The notes beneath the pieces are model-generated. The model worked only from the letters and a program-made list of their open reading frames with translations, was not told where the DNA came from and did not search any database. A DNA stretch of 64,000 nucleotides. Origin: Octopus vulgaris (taxonomy: Eukaryota). Below are positions 25,666-38,603 of the stretch, in pieces (position 1 is the first letter of the stretch; each line of letters starts with the position of its first letter). The translations under genes were made by a program, and so were the position numbers. Location: positions 70,308,001 to 70,372,000 of the forward strand of contig OX597830.1 of assembly GCA_951406725.2 (NCBI GenBank). The letters run 5' to 3'.

Positions 25666-26023
25666 ACATAAATGAACGAAGGCAGATGAAAAAAAAATCC
25701 AAGTCGTTCTAAACTCAACCGAAATTCGGGATCCAGATTGTGGATTCCAAAAATGGTTAAGGTTGGTTAGTTTGGAAGGAATGGTTTATTGACCAGAAGA
25801 AGAAGCTGAACGTAAACAGTATTGCATATCGGCCAAGGAATATTTTTCTATGTATATACGCACATATAAGTATATACGCACATGTATATAACACACATGT
25901 ATATACACACATGTATATACGCACACAAATAAGTCCCCAACTATATATACATTTACACATATATAAAAGTTCTATCGATAAAGCTACGTGTGTGTTTAAA
26001 TACATATTAAAGAATTTCAATAA

Positions 26024-26095
<72 letters not shown>

Positions 26096-26154
26096 CTATA
26101 AATATACGTATAAATACATTCATATACATATATATTCATACATGCACACAAATA

Positions 26155-26257
<103 letters not shown>

Positions 26258-26648
26258 GTATGTATGTATGTATATTGATACATATAAGTATAGGTGTATA
26301 TATATATGTACATACACAATATTCAGGATTTTGGAAAGAATCTGGTACCTAAATGATATGCACCAAGATGAGTTGAGTTTAGTGTAATAAATATACTGGG
26401 TGCTGAAGTACATCCAGTAAAATGTTCAGCATGTGCACCCACACCTATGGGTATTTCGGGCCTAGGGGCTGGTCCAAAGCACGCGTTATGCTGATCATGC
26501 CGTGTTTGGTATTACCTAGGATGTCCGACGGATCGTGAATCCCTTTTGGTGTATTATAAAGGAAATGAATATTTACCAGGCAATGGATAAGAGAACTCAC
26601 ATTTATCCATCATCTGTTATTCATTCATTCTTCATTTGCTATGTGTGT

Positions 26649-26688
<40 letters not shown>

Positions 26689-26786
26689 GTGTATCCGTGC
26701 GAGTATAGTTAGTTAAATATAAGTCCACATGCATTACTTATATACACGCACACATACACATACACACACATAAGCATATCACACAT

Positions 26787-26838
<52 letters not shown>

Positions 26839-27011
26839 TTGTAAATATATACAGAAATATATATATGAATAGTAAATATTATTACAATACAAAAGTATTG
26901 TGTGCGTGCCTATGCATATATGTATATATATGTATATATATGCATATAAGTATAAATATATTTATACATATATATGTTTCTGCGCGTGTTTGTAGATATA
27001 CATATTTATAA

Positions 27012-27091
<80 letters not shown>

Positions 27092-27097
27092 AATATA

Positions 27098-27181
<84 letters not shown>

Positions 27182-27320
27182 CGAGAGAGAGCGAGAACTG
27201 TTTACCTGTTGATGATGGAATATTTTTCTCATTATATTCAATATAAATATCACAGGTTTCAGTTTGTGATGAAAGTCTTTTAAATCTTAACAAACTTATT
27301 AATATCTGTTACAGCGAACT

Positions 27321-27385
<65 letters not shown>

Positions 27386-27420
27386 TTATATAACCATACA
27401 TATATATGTAGTTAGCTGGT

Positions 27421-27511
<91 letters not shown>

Positions 27512-27953
27512 TAAGATGATAGCGGGAACGGCGATCGATTCAATGTATATTCCATATTCGTGAAAATCTTCTACGAAACTGCCCCGAAATTGATAGTTCC
27601 CAAGTAACTGTACACAAGTTTTATACACTTGGAACGAATGTTAGAATAGGTATATATCGTGTGTTTATGTGAGAACGTGTATGTATGCGCGTGTATGTGC
27701 ATTTGGGTGTTTGTCCGGGCGTGTGTGTGTGTGTGTGTTTGTGCGTGCGCGTGTGGGTATGCGTTTGTGCGTGTACGCGTGTGTGTGTATGTGTGTGTGT
27801 GTGAGTGAGGGAGGGAAAGTTAGAGAAAGAGAGAGTGAAGGAAACTGTGTGTCCCTCTTTATAAGCACACATACAAATGCATTTAAGCAAAAACGTGTAC
27901 ACGCACTCAATTCATGGATATTTATATATGTGTGCATCTATCTCTGTATATGC

Positions 27954-28061
<108 letters not shown>

Positions 28062-28159
28062 CCGAGTAAACACATAAATGTGAAACAAGGTGGAAAAAAG
28101 AGTACTCAAATACCAGTGGTAGAGTAATATGCTTTATGTTAAGCAGCAGAAAATTCAAC

Positions 28160-28206
28160 AAAATCTGTTACTCTGAGTTTCTCGTTCCCGTTCATCAGAC
28201 AGTTTT
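28160..28206 (-). ncRNA. Minimal type-I hammerhead ribozyme (antisense copy)
   Basis: Minus strand AAAACTGT-CTGATGA-A-CG-GGAA-CG-A-GAAAC-TCAGA-GTA-ACAGATTTT. Confidence 0.75.
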
Positions 28207-28212
28207 CTAGCA

Positions 28213-28259
28213 AAAACTGTCTGATGAACGGCAACGAGAAACTCAGAGTAACAGATTTT
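28213..28259 (+). ncRNA. Minimal type-I hammerhead ribozyme
   Basis: AAAACTGT-CTGATGA-A-CG-GCAA-CG-A-GAAAC-TCAGA-GTA-ACAGATTTT: stem I CTGT/ACAG, complete core, GNRA-capped stem II, GUA triplet (predicted cut after 28250). Confidence 0.78.
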
Positions 28260-29260
28260 GTTGAATTTTCTGCTGCTTAAAATAAAGTATATATATATAT
28301 ATATATATATAGATAGATATATATATAGATATAAATATATATATACATATATATGCATGTATATATATATATATATATATAATATATACGTATATATATA
28401 TATATATGCATGTATATATATATAGACATACATACACATATGTATAAACATATTTTATCATACGTATAAACATATATAAACGTGCATATATATATATATG
28501 TGCCTTAATATATAGGTCTATATATGTTACTGACGCACGCATGAGATTTTGCAATGTCGAACGTGATTTGAACTTAGAAGTTTAAGGGACTTAAGTCATT
28601 AGAACAGGTGTTGCGCATGAATTTGCTTAGATGTACGGTAGTTAATTGCAAACAAGCATATATTTATTATATATATATACGTACATATGCACATACACAC
28701 ACCTATTGTATTGGTGTATTACGTGCGCATAGTTTATCGTCCCTGTGAAACGGTAGGTATATCGCTCAATGCTGGATTTGAAATCAAATCAAAATGCATA
28801 TTCTTCTCTATAGATCATACCGTAGTACGTTTCCTTCTCTTTATTGCTAATTATGACTTGTAGTGATTGGTCACAATGTCAAAATCTTGTTAAGCAACGA
28901 GATTCTTTTTGTCTTATAGTCTCCAGAGCTGATTAGCTTAATGAACTAACTAAAGAAATGTTGAAGGTACTAATGGAGAAGTGACCGGAAATACAATTTC
29001 GAAGTATTCATTGTGTCATATTCAAGGATCTAATCAAAGATTTTGCAATTAAAAATGTAGAAGAAAATTTTTCAAATATAATTGAAATGGAAGTATACAA
29101 ACTAAATATATTTTCTACCTTACAGCTAGCTTTGTTTCATTTTGAAAAATAAAAAATTATTTTATGGTTTATTCTCGTTTATATTTTGAATTAGATACAT
29201 ATGGGATCACCAAAATCATTTAAGTGCTTAGGGCCTCTATGGGTTATAAGCCAGCCCTGG

Positions 29261-29410
29261 GTAGCCATAACTGTATGATTAAGAAGCTTGCTTTTGCAAC
29301 CACGTAGTCTCGGGTTCAGTCTCACAGCGCGGCTCCTTGGACAAGTGCCTTCTACATACAGCCACGGGCCAACCAATGCCTTGTGAATGAATTTGGTAGA
29401 TGGAAACCCT
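29261..29410 (+). mobile_element. SINE family B 5' half
   Basis: CGGGTTCAGTCTCAC B-box region, CCTTGGACAAGTG CORE-like motif, GCCTTGTGAATGAATTTGGTAGA. Confidence 0.8.
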
Positions 29411-29661
29411 ATCCAAAGCTCTTTACTGCATGTCTAAAAATGGTCATCAGCGATATTGATGGCGTAGTTTGCATGGACATAACTGGTGAACTGCCAACAA
29501 AAGCTCGAATCGGAGATCAGTTGACCATGCTGACAGCGTTGGGAACCCATGGATCAGACTCAGCCGTTCAAATGAGCCACAAGTTAAAAAAAAAAGGAAA
29601 AAAACGTGGTCCGAAGACGTTGCATAAGTACATATATATGTGTGTGTGTGTGTGTGCGTGC

Positions 29662-29983
29662 GGAGGCGCAGTGGCCCACCGGTTAGTGCAGCGCACTCGT
29701 GGTCGTAGGATCGCGGTTTAGATTCCCTCACCGCGCGTTGTGAGTGTTTATTGAGCGAAAGCACCTAAAGCTCCACGAGGCTCCGGCAGGGGGTGGTGGC
29801 GAACCCTGTTGTACTCTTTCTCTCACTGTTTCTGTTGTACCTGTATTTCAAAGGGCCAGCCTTGTCACGTTAAGGGTACACGTGTCTGTGGAGTGCTCAG
29901 CCACTTGCACGATCATTTCATGAGCAGGCTGTTCCGTCGATCGGATCAATTGGAACCCTCGTTGTCGTAAGCGACAGAGTGCC
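29662..29983 (+). mobile_element. SINE family C, internally deleted copy
   Basis: Colinear with 22843-23230 apart from three internal deletions. Confidence 0.92.
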
Positions 29984-30613
29984 GCGATATATGTATGTAT
30001 GCATATGTGTATATGCATGTATAAGTATGCAAGTACGTTGCGGCACCGCCAGACTTGCACTTTTCGGAGCAGAATATTAATAGAACCTTCATCATTTATA
30101 CAAATATATGCTGGTACCTGTATTTGATTTAATTATTTGAGTTAATATTTGTTTAATTTAGAGTGTAACCACTCTTGGTTCGGAAAATTCAGTAACGTAA
30201 AATGCCGTTGGAGCCGAAGGTTTCAGAAAATCAATGTTATATCTGCTATATAGATATATTAATATATTATGATGTGTGCGGGGGTGTGGTGTGTATGTGT
30301 GCGTAGGGGGGTGTATGTCTGTGGGGGTTTTTTGGGGTTTTTTTTTCATTAAATGAACAATGACAATTATGTCAACTACATAACGTCTTTTTCACTAAAT
30401 CCTTTATCGTATCGTTGATTATTTCCCCCGAGATGAAAACATCAGAATCGGTCCTGATAAAAGGACAAAACCCAACATCGACACACATTTTTTTTTTCAC
30501 ATAAGCCCTACTTAAAACCCGCAAAGCAAGAGCAAGACAAGGCCGCATATATACACATATATTCACACGTTCGGTTATCTGTACGTAGTTCTAATACTGC
30601 GTGTGTGTGTGCG

Positions 30614-30737
<124 letters not shown>

Positions 30738-30990
30738 CACGCACACACACGCATATTCTAGTATATATACACGTATATAAATACACACACACACACTCAC
30801 GTACATACACACTCACATACACACACACACACACACACACACATACACACACACATATATATATATATACTTACATATACTATACGTTCACATACAAACA
30901 CAAACATATACATCCACATGCGTGTACATTATATTATATACAATTATATGTATACATAGATATATATTTGCACACGCACACACACACACG

Positions 30991-31044
<54 letters not shown>

Positions 31045-31480
31045 AATATATGCACACACAAATCATAATGGATAAAAAAAAAAATAGATTGCTAGATGGC
31101 TAGGTGGTGTTCATTTTTTGTCACAGTAATCTAAGTAGATACATTTTATGTATGTTCATATGTACGTTTTTCCCGAATTCCCTAAAGAATGTCTCCACTT
31201 AAACTTTGTTCTCCGACTAACCTATTACCACTTTTTACCATTATCTTTCCTTCAGCTTTAAATGTTTGAAGTTGTTTGTTTTTTTTTTTGTTGTTTTTTT
31301 CTTTTTTGTTGTTGTTTTTGTAAACTTTATTAACTTTCTAGTTTATCATGACCAGTCAACCTATCTCTATGTAATGTATATGTTTCGCTATGTAAGGATG
31401 TATTATTATGGATGTGTGTGTGTGTGTTTGTGTGTGTTTGTTTGTGTGGGTGTTTGTGTGTGTGGTGTATGTGTAAGCGT

Positions 31481-31515
<35 letters not shown>

Positions 31516-31821
31516 TGTATATATATATATATGTTTGTATATATATATATATATATATATATGCGTGTGCATGTGAGTATATCTATGTAAATGTATATTA
31601 ATGTACACACACATATATAACATATAAATGTGTGTATGTGTGTGTTCGTATGTATAAATGAACACACACACACATACACACGCGCACATGTATATATATG
31701 TATATATATATGTGTATATAATACATACGTACTTACATACGAAAATACACAAACATAGGTACGTACACTCATATATATGTATCTATCTCTGTCTGTCTGT
31801 CTGTCTTTCTGTCTATTACTG

Positions 31822-31896
<75 letters not shown>

Positions 31897-31924
31897 TAAT
31901 ATATACATACATTCATACGGAGTG

Positions 31925-31961
<37 letters not shown>

Positions 31962-31969
31962 GAGTTTTT

Positions 31970-32008
<39 letters not shown>

Positions 32009-32047
32009 CGGTTTTTTATTTGTTTGTTTATTTGAATTCACTATATA

Positions 32048-32084
<37 letters not shown>

Positions 32085-32347
32085 CAGACTTACATATATC
32101 CATAAACCTCGTGGAAGGTGATCATTTATTATATCATAATAATAATTATAGTCAAAAGAATTATCTGAAATAATTATACTTATAATAATATCTGCCATTA
32201 TAATAGCTATCATTATCATCATCGTTGTTGTTGTCGTCGTTATCGTCGTCGCCGTCCTCCTCCTCCTCCTCCACATCATCATCATCATCATCATCACCAT
32301 CATCAACCTCGTCATCGTTTTATGTTCATCGTCAGTTGTTGCTATTC

Positions 32348-32386
<39 letters not shown>

Positions 32387-32914
32387 CCCCTTTACATCGT
32401 CTGAATGCTCTTTTCGAAAGTTCGAAATATCACACATCTTCCCGTATCTTTTTCTCTTATATTAAATCCTTATAAATAGTAACAATATTTAGTTATAATT
32501 AAATGCTGTTGAATCGTTGTTAAGAGAAAGAGAGATGAAAGACGGCGATTTTACTGTACAATGGAAAATAATAACTCATCATTATTATCATTATCGGCTT
32601 TCATATGTCATTTCAAAACGAAACGATGAAGACTGAATGTCCCATAAGTAGTACAGTATTTAAATATAGTTTATATTGAAAGAACCTGATTGCCTTGTGG
32701 GACACATTGATCGCGCGTTAAATAGATAAAGACGTCGGTTTATTGACATTTATTTCCATTGATCATATGGATCGGATATTGAATTTGGAGGGCGTGGTGG
32801 AGCATTTGGGATTGTGTGACATACATGCCATTCTCGAGGTGCACCAGTGATGCATAAAAATTGACAGAACAGTAGTAAAAGAAAATTTAGTCTAAATTAC
32901 CGAAGATGCATATA

Positions 32915-32989
<75 letters not shown>

Positions 32990-33081
32990 ATCGCTTCGTA
33001 TAGCGATACTAGTAACCTGGTGTTAGAACAGAATATACTTATACTTCAGAACAAAGAGACAGTCGGGTGCAGAACAGTAAT

Positions 33082-33401
33082 GAGAAAATTAAAATGACAA
33101 AGGTATAGGAAATTACGTCATGAACTTAGGTTACAGCAGTTTCTGCTACAGGATGCAATGCACGCATGTTTGAATGCCTGTGTAACGCTTCATAGCTTCA
33201 TCAGAGTTACAAACATGAAATGCAATTTTGTAAGGGAAAGCGATTGCATTTGCTTTCCCAAATAAATTTCTAGTTGAAGCTCCGATGAAGCTACGAGGTG
33301 ACAGAAGCATTCAGCTATGGGTGCAATGCATTATATGGCAGAATCAGCTGAAACTGAATCAAGTTCATGACACTATTTCTTATTCTTTTGCCATTGTAAT
33401 T

Positions 33402-33406
<5 letters not shown>
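33082..33406. repeat. Diverged inverted repeat (arms about 125 bp) carrying hammerhead-like motifs
   Basis: GTCATGAACTT/AAGTTCATGAC and TAGCTTCATCAGAG/CTCCGATGAAGCTA. The minus arm reads CTGATGA-A-GCTA...TAGC-A-GAAAC-TGCT-GTA. Confidence 0.8.
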
Positions 33407-33465
<59 letters not shown>

Positions 33466-33474
33466 TATCACAAA

Positions 33475-33683
33475 TAATGGTCAAATTTTAGTACAAAGCC
33501 AGCAGGTTCGGGAAAGTCGGTTACATCGACTCCAGTGCTCAACAGGTACCTAGTTTATCGACCCCGAAAGGATGAAAAGCAAAGTCGACCTCGCCAAAAT
33601 TTTTACACGGAACGTAAACGACAGACGAAATACCGCCAAGCATTTTCCCTGGAGTGCTGATGATTCTCCCTGATCGCTGCCCT
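33475..33683 (-). mobile_element. SINE family A
   Basis: TTTATCGACCCCGAAAGGATGAAAAGCAAAGTCGACCTCG body and head. Confidence 0.9.
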
Positions 33684-34004
33684 TTATGTGTCAAATAACG
33701 AAGACGAAGAGCTTGTGCTAGAGTATGAAGGCGGTGCTTTTGTAACCTTTGTATATTTCAGACACAAAGGCCACATCACCAAAAGTAAAGGACTGTAAGA
33801 AATATAAGTTTACATAGATCTTGCTGTGTTGATTACCGTACTATTGCAATCCATCCAAAATTGCGAGGATAACCTGGTGCTTGACTGAGGAAAGAAAACT
33901 TCGAATGACCCGTCCTTGTTTTCTTTGTATCGTCTTTCTGGATGTTTTGTTGTCACCTTTTCTATCATCTAGCTGCCTGGATGTTTTGCGTTCTTATCCC
34001 ATTT

Positions 34005-34045
<41 letters not shown>

Positions 34046-34163
34046 TATATATATACATACACATATACATATACATACTTGTATATATATATATATATAT
34101 ATATGTATTTCGTTTTGGGATTTGGCTTGCAACATTCTTTATGTTAGTTCGTGTGTTGAAGTC

Positions 34164-34340
34164 TATTTTGTTGTCTCTCGGGAGTCACTCTCTTTTAGTG
34201 CCTTATTTAACACACTCACTGGTTTAGTTTCCACATATAGAAAAAATAAATAAATGAGTAGATGAATGGAAGCGAAACCGGTGCGTGTGTTAAATAATTA
34301 GACACTAAAAGAGAATGACTCTCCCCAGACACAAAAAATA
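34164..34340. repeat. Inverted repeat, arms about 70 bp, diverged
   Basis: GAGTCACTCTCTTTTAGTG...TTATTTAACACAC against GTGTGTTAAATAA...CACTAAAAGAGAATGACTC. Confidence 0.88.
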
Positions 34341-34353
34341 TATATCATATATC

Positions 34354-34439
<86 letters not shown>

Positions 34440-34447
34440 TTATGTAT

Positions 34448-34506
<59 letters not shown>

Positions 34507-34959
34507 TATTTGATATAGAAGACGAGAAAATGTCGTAACATTCCTGCGGGAATCGAATGCTACGGCTGTCGTAATCTGCATAACTGCGCTAAACAATCCA
34601 TCAAAGCTACATTACAAACTTTGACTGTCTAAATTAATAGAGTTAAACTAATTAGTTACGATGACATATCACAGTCCGGTCAACGGGGACAGGTCATCTC
34701 AGTCCAAACAGCATCTAGGTTATAATATGTATAACGAAGAACACGGGAAGATTGCAACATAGGACCAGAGGATTCGAACGTTGTGTCTGGTGTAAATACT
34801 ATCGCTGTGCTAACTACTGACCCGGAACGACCAAAGAACGTGGCTGTGCATTAGAATGGGATGGCTGCAAAACTACAATTGAAAACTCTATACTTCTTTA
34901 TAGTATGGTCTCCTGCTGTATAGGTACAAGAATAGCTTCATCTCTTCTTGTATCTATAA

Positions 34960-35210
34960 TTGCTCTTTCTTAGCGTCAGATCTTAAATGACATTTGAGCG
35001 CTGAAAGGCGGTGAAAGAGCTGATCAGATATACTGCAGCAATGTCACAGTTCAGAGCCGACTCCCTTTTCCGTTTGTTAATTAATGTTCAGGTGCTTCTT
35101 CAATTCTCGATGTCACATGCAAGTTTTTTCACAGATACAAACTGGTAATCCAGAATGTCCCTCGGGATGAGTGTGCCCCTCATCCTTCACCCTTGTGGCA
35201 AACAAATGAA

Positions 35211-35242
<32 letters not shown>

Positions 35243-35262
35243 GATTATTATTATTATTATTA
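34960..35262 (+). mobile_element. Highly decayed LINE 3' end with stem-loop and (ATT)n tail
   Basis: Stem GGATGAG/CTCATCC at 35165-35185, followed by CCCTTGTGGCAAACAAATGAA and (ATT)n. The upstream boundary is uncertain. Confidence 0.45.
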
Positions 35263-35441
35263 TGTTTGACTTTTGCTTAATATTTGTACGAGTTGGCTCC
35301 AAGTCTCACCCAGAGACCTCAAGAGACAACAGGTAGAAAGTTCATGTTGTTGTTATGCCTAGTGTGCCATATATTTGGTTTTGTATTTAGTGTTGTACTA
35401 GTGAATATCTAAAAAAAAAAAACATACGAGAATTATGTTTG

Positions 35442-35445
<4 letters not shown>
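35263..35445 (-). mobile_element. Possible Dong/R4-like LINE 3' UTR within (TAA)n
   Basis: Flanked on both sides by (ATT)n. Minus strand ends GAGGTCTCTGGGTGAGACTTGGAG...AAAAGTCAAACA(TAA)n. The family call is an inference. Confidence 0.4.
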
Positions 35446-35510
<65 letters not shown>

Positions 35511-36512
35511 TTGACCATGAATATTCCATATTCTTCGCGGTTGAGAATGTTCTGAAAGTTCAACTCATCAATCGTCAAATTGGGGCACATAAACGTAATA
35601 TTTGAGAAAATATGCATGTGATTCGAGGGAATTCGGCTTCTGTTTTTAGCCAATCGATGGACCACACAGAAACTTCGTATCAGTTGGTGTCAAAAAAATG
35701 AGTCAATAATGTCGTACTGCGCACCATGAACAAGAAGCAAGCTTATGACGAACCCCAGTTTGTGAGCAGAGTTCGATCCTCGGTAAATTCGTTCACGCAG
35801 TCATTGTTGTTGGGGTATTTCTTTTATCGTCTCAGTAATGGGTAACTAATTGTAACCATTTATCTTTAGATTACACATCCAAGTAGCCCTGATTAAGTAC
35901 TCAAACCATAACTATCTCTTCAATTTTCTCAGAGATTGGATGATATAATCCAATGTATGATTGCATTTTTAAGAGAATGATTGTAGGGAAATTTAACTGC
36001 TATTTCATGCAATTCGAGAGACAACGTACAGATTCCCTTATTTAGAAATCTACTGGGAAGGGGGAGAGCTGTTGAGGATAGACAAACTGATGCAAAAGAT
36101 AAAGAACAGCAGTTAGATGCTTCACAAAATATCGATTTCGGCATCGCTCGATTGTGAGTTCAAATCCAGACATCATTGATTTTGTCTTTCAGCCTGGCGG
36201 GGTCGATAATATGTGTGCCTAAACGGACTTTGTACACATGAGATTAATCAATAATTAAGGAAGGGTTCCGTCGTTTGATTTTGATGCTTTCCAAGGATAA
36301 TACTGGTATACATCATTACTGGTATACGAACAGACAGATTCATAAGACTTAAGATGGACGAAATTTGGACTTGAAAACGAATAATCAATCGCAAAGACTA
36401 ATGACATTAGAAATTGTGCAAGTGGTGGTGGTGGGGTACAATTGTGTTAATTATATTAATTAGTCGAATAATGATGATGACTATGAGTACGATGATTATT
36501 TATAATAATGAG

Positions 36513-36747
36513 CATAGGAGCAGAATTGGCTGTGTCCTTAAAAAGCTCGCTTTTGCAAATAGGTGGGGTCAGGTTTCAGTCTCACTTCGCGGCAGCAGAT
36601 TAGGTTAGTGTCTCTTCTGCTATAAGCTTGGATCGATCAATGCCTTGTGAGTGAATTTGGTAGACAGAAACTGTGTGGAAGCCTGTCGTATATACACACA
36701 CACACACACACACATACACACACACGCACATTCACACACACACACAC

Positions 36748-36780
<33 letters not shown>

Positions 36781-37030
36781 TGTATGTATGCATGTATATA
36801 TGTGCATGCGTTTATTTGTGTTTGTGCTTGTTCACCTATCATGGCTTACCAACCGGCATCTGTTCGTTTACGTCCCCATAACATAGCAGTTCGGCAAAGG
36901 TATCCGATAGAATAAATACCAAACTTACAAAATAAATAAATAAATAAATAAAATAAAGAAGAACTTTGCAAAGCAGAACTCTAGTATGGCCGCAGTCCAA
37001 TGACTGAAAGGTTTAAAGACGAAGATAAAA
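36513..37030 (+). mobile_element. SINE family B, full length, diverged
   Basis: Head TGGCTGTGTCCTTAAAAAGCTCGC, internal (CA)/(TATG) tract, 3' ATGGCCGCAGTCCAATGACTGAAA. Confidence 0.85.
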
Positions 37031-37129
37031 AAAAATAAAGCGAGAAGATATACTATACATTTGTTGTTGCGGATTCTGCTAAATGATTCTGCTAAACCAC
37101 TTGACTAGACATATCACTGCCAATAATGG

Positions 37130-37888
37130 TTTCATCAACCCCAGTGTCAAACTCGTACTTACTCTATTGACCCCGAAAGCATGAATGGCAAAGTCGATCT
37201 AGGGGAATTTAAACGTGCAGACGGACGAAATGCCGCTAAGCATTTTGTCCGGTCTGCTAACAATTCCGCCTTTCAGTTGATAATATTGGTTTCAAATTTT
37301 GGCACAAAGCCAGTAGTTTCGGGGGAGGGGGTAAATCGATTATATCGATCCCAGTGTCCTGCTAGTACTTGTCTTATCGAACCCAAAAGGATGAAAGGCA
37401 ATTTCAATTTCGGCGGAATTTGAACTTAGAACATAAAGACCGATGAAATGCCGTTAAGTATTTTGCCTGGCGTGCTAACGATTCTGCCAGCTCACCGTCT
37501 TTCAGCCAATTACAGTGACCTCAGTATATAACAGGTATAGTATTTTACGGACCCCTGAAAGAAGAAAGGAAATGTTGACCTCGACAGGAATTGAACTCAA
37601 GGACGTAAACGCCCGCATATAAATACCTAAATTGGCCCTAGTAATTCTGCCATGCCGGCGCTTTTTAAAATAATTTGTATTATATACAGAAAATGGCAGA
37701 AATTTAATGGGACGGAAAAACAGCCGATTAGTATCGACGCCATTTTTTTTGCTGGTACTTTATTATATCGACCGTGAAAGATGAAAGACGGAGCCGTTCT
37801 CGGTGGGATTTGAACCCCGGACCGTAAAAATAATTGAAAGAAATACCTCAGCCTTCTAATGATTCTGCCACTCCACTCCACCGCCTCT
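37130..37888 (-). mobile_element. Four consecutive diverged SINE family A copies
   Basis: Body motif at about 37168, 37378, 37549 and 37768, each followed by a head remnant. Confidence 0.85.
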
Positions 37889-38443
37889 TATAATGATGAG
37901 GATTGTTTTATAATATTAATAATAGTTATGAACAAATTCATGAGTTGAACTTTTGGTGAATGTGGTATAAAGCTTATATATATATGTGTGTGTGTGTGTG
38001 CATGTATATATATGACATGTGTATGTGTGTGTATGTATATATATGTATATGTGCAAGTACACGCCCAATCGAACGCACTCGGGCGTGCGCACGTACAACG
38101 TACACTTGCGTACCTCGTTTGCCATATAGGTGGAATTTATAATGCATGTTCACCGCTGTTTGTTTGTAAGCATACTCGTGTGCATGTGCTCGTTGGTGAG
38201 GGTCAGGCAACTTTGCAAGTGCACGTCTTGAATATATTAATGCTAACGTCTGCTTCCCTTCATGTGAGCATTTATGCAAGTGTCTACACACACACACCCA
38301 CACACCCACACATATACGCACACATACACCCACACACCTACACAGAGACAGACAGACAGACACACACGCACACACAAACGCACGTATACATGTATGGATA
38401 TAAACAGATTTATATACATATACATATATATATATGAATGTAA

Positions 38444-38475
<32 letters not shown>

Positions 38476-38559
38476 GTATATATATATATGTATATATATA
38501 TGTATATATATATATGTATACATATATATATATGTATATATATATGTGTGTATATATAT

Positions 38560-38603
<44 letters not shown>

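Larger units (their letters stand above)
28127..28292. repeat. Near-perfect inverted repeat, 80-bp arms, 6-bp spacer, 3 mismatches (inverted Penelope-like termini)
   Basis: 28127-28206 is the reverse complement of 28213-28292. Confidence 0.97.

Noticed and set aside
27248-27272. miR-2-like TATCACAG
   Set aside because: Seed only; no complementary star arm upstream
30450-30475. CTGATAA...AAAAC as a hammerhead
   Set aside because: Both core boxes deviate and there is no stem I or cleavage triplet
34919-34958. 14-bp hairpin TATAGGTACAAGAA/TTCTTGTATCTATA as a pre-miRNA
   Set aside because: Too short, does not extend, and lies beside decayed LINE sequence
35520-35860. Possible Tc1/mariner transposase relic
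   Set aside because: No DDE motif could be read convincingly in any frame
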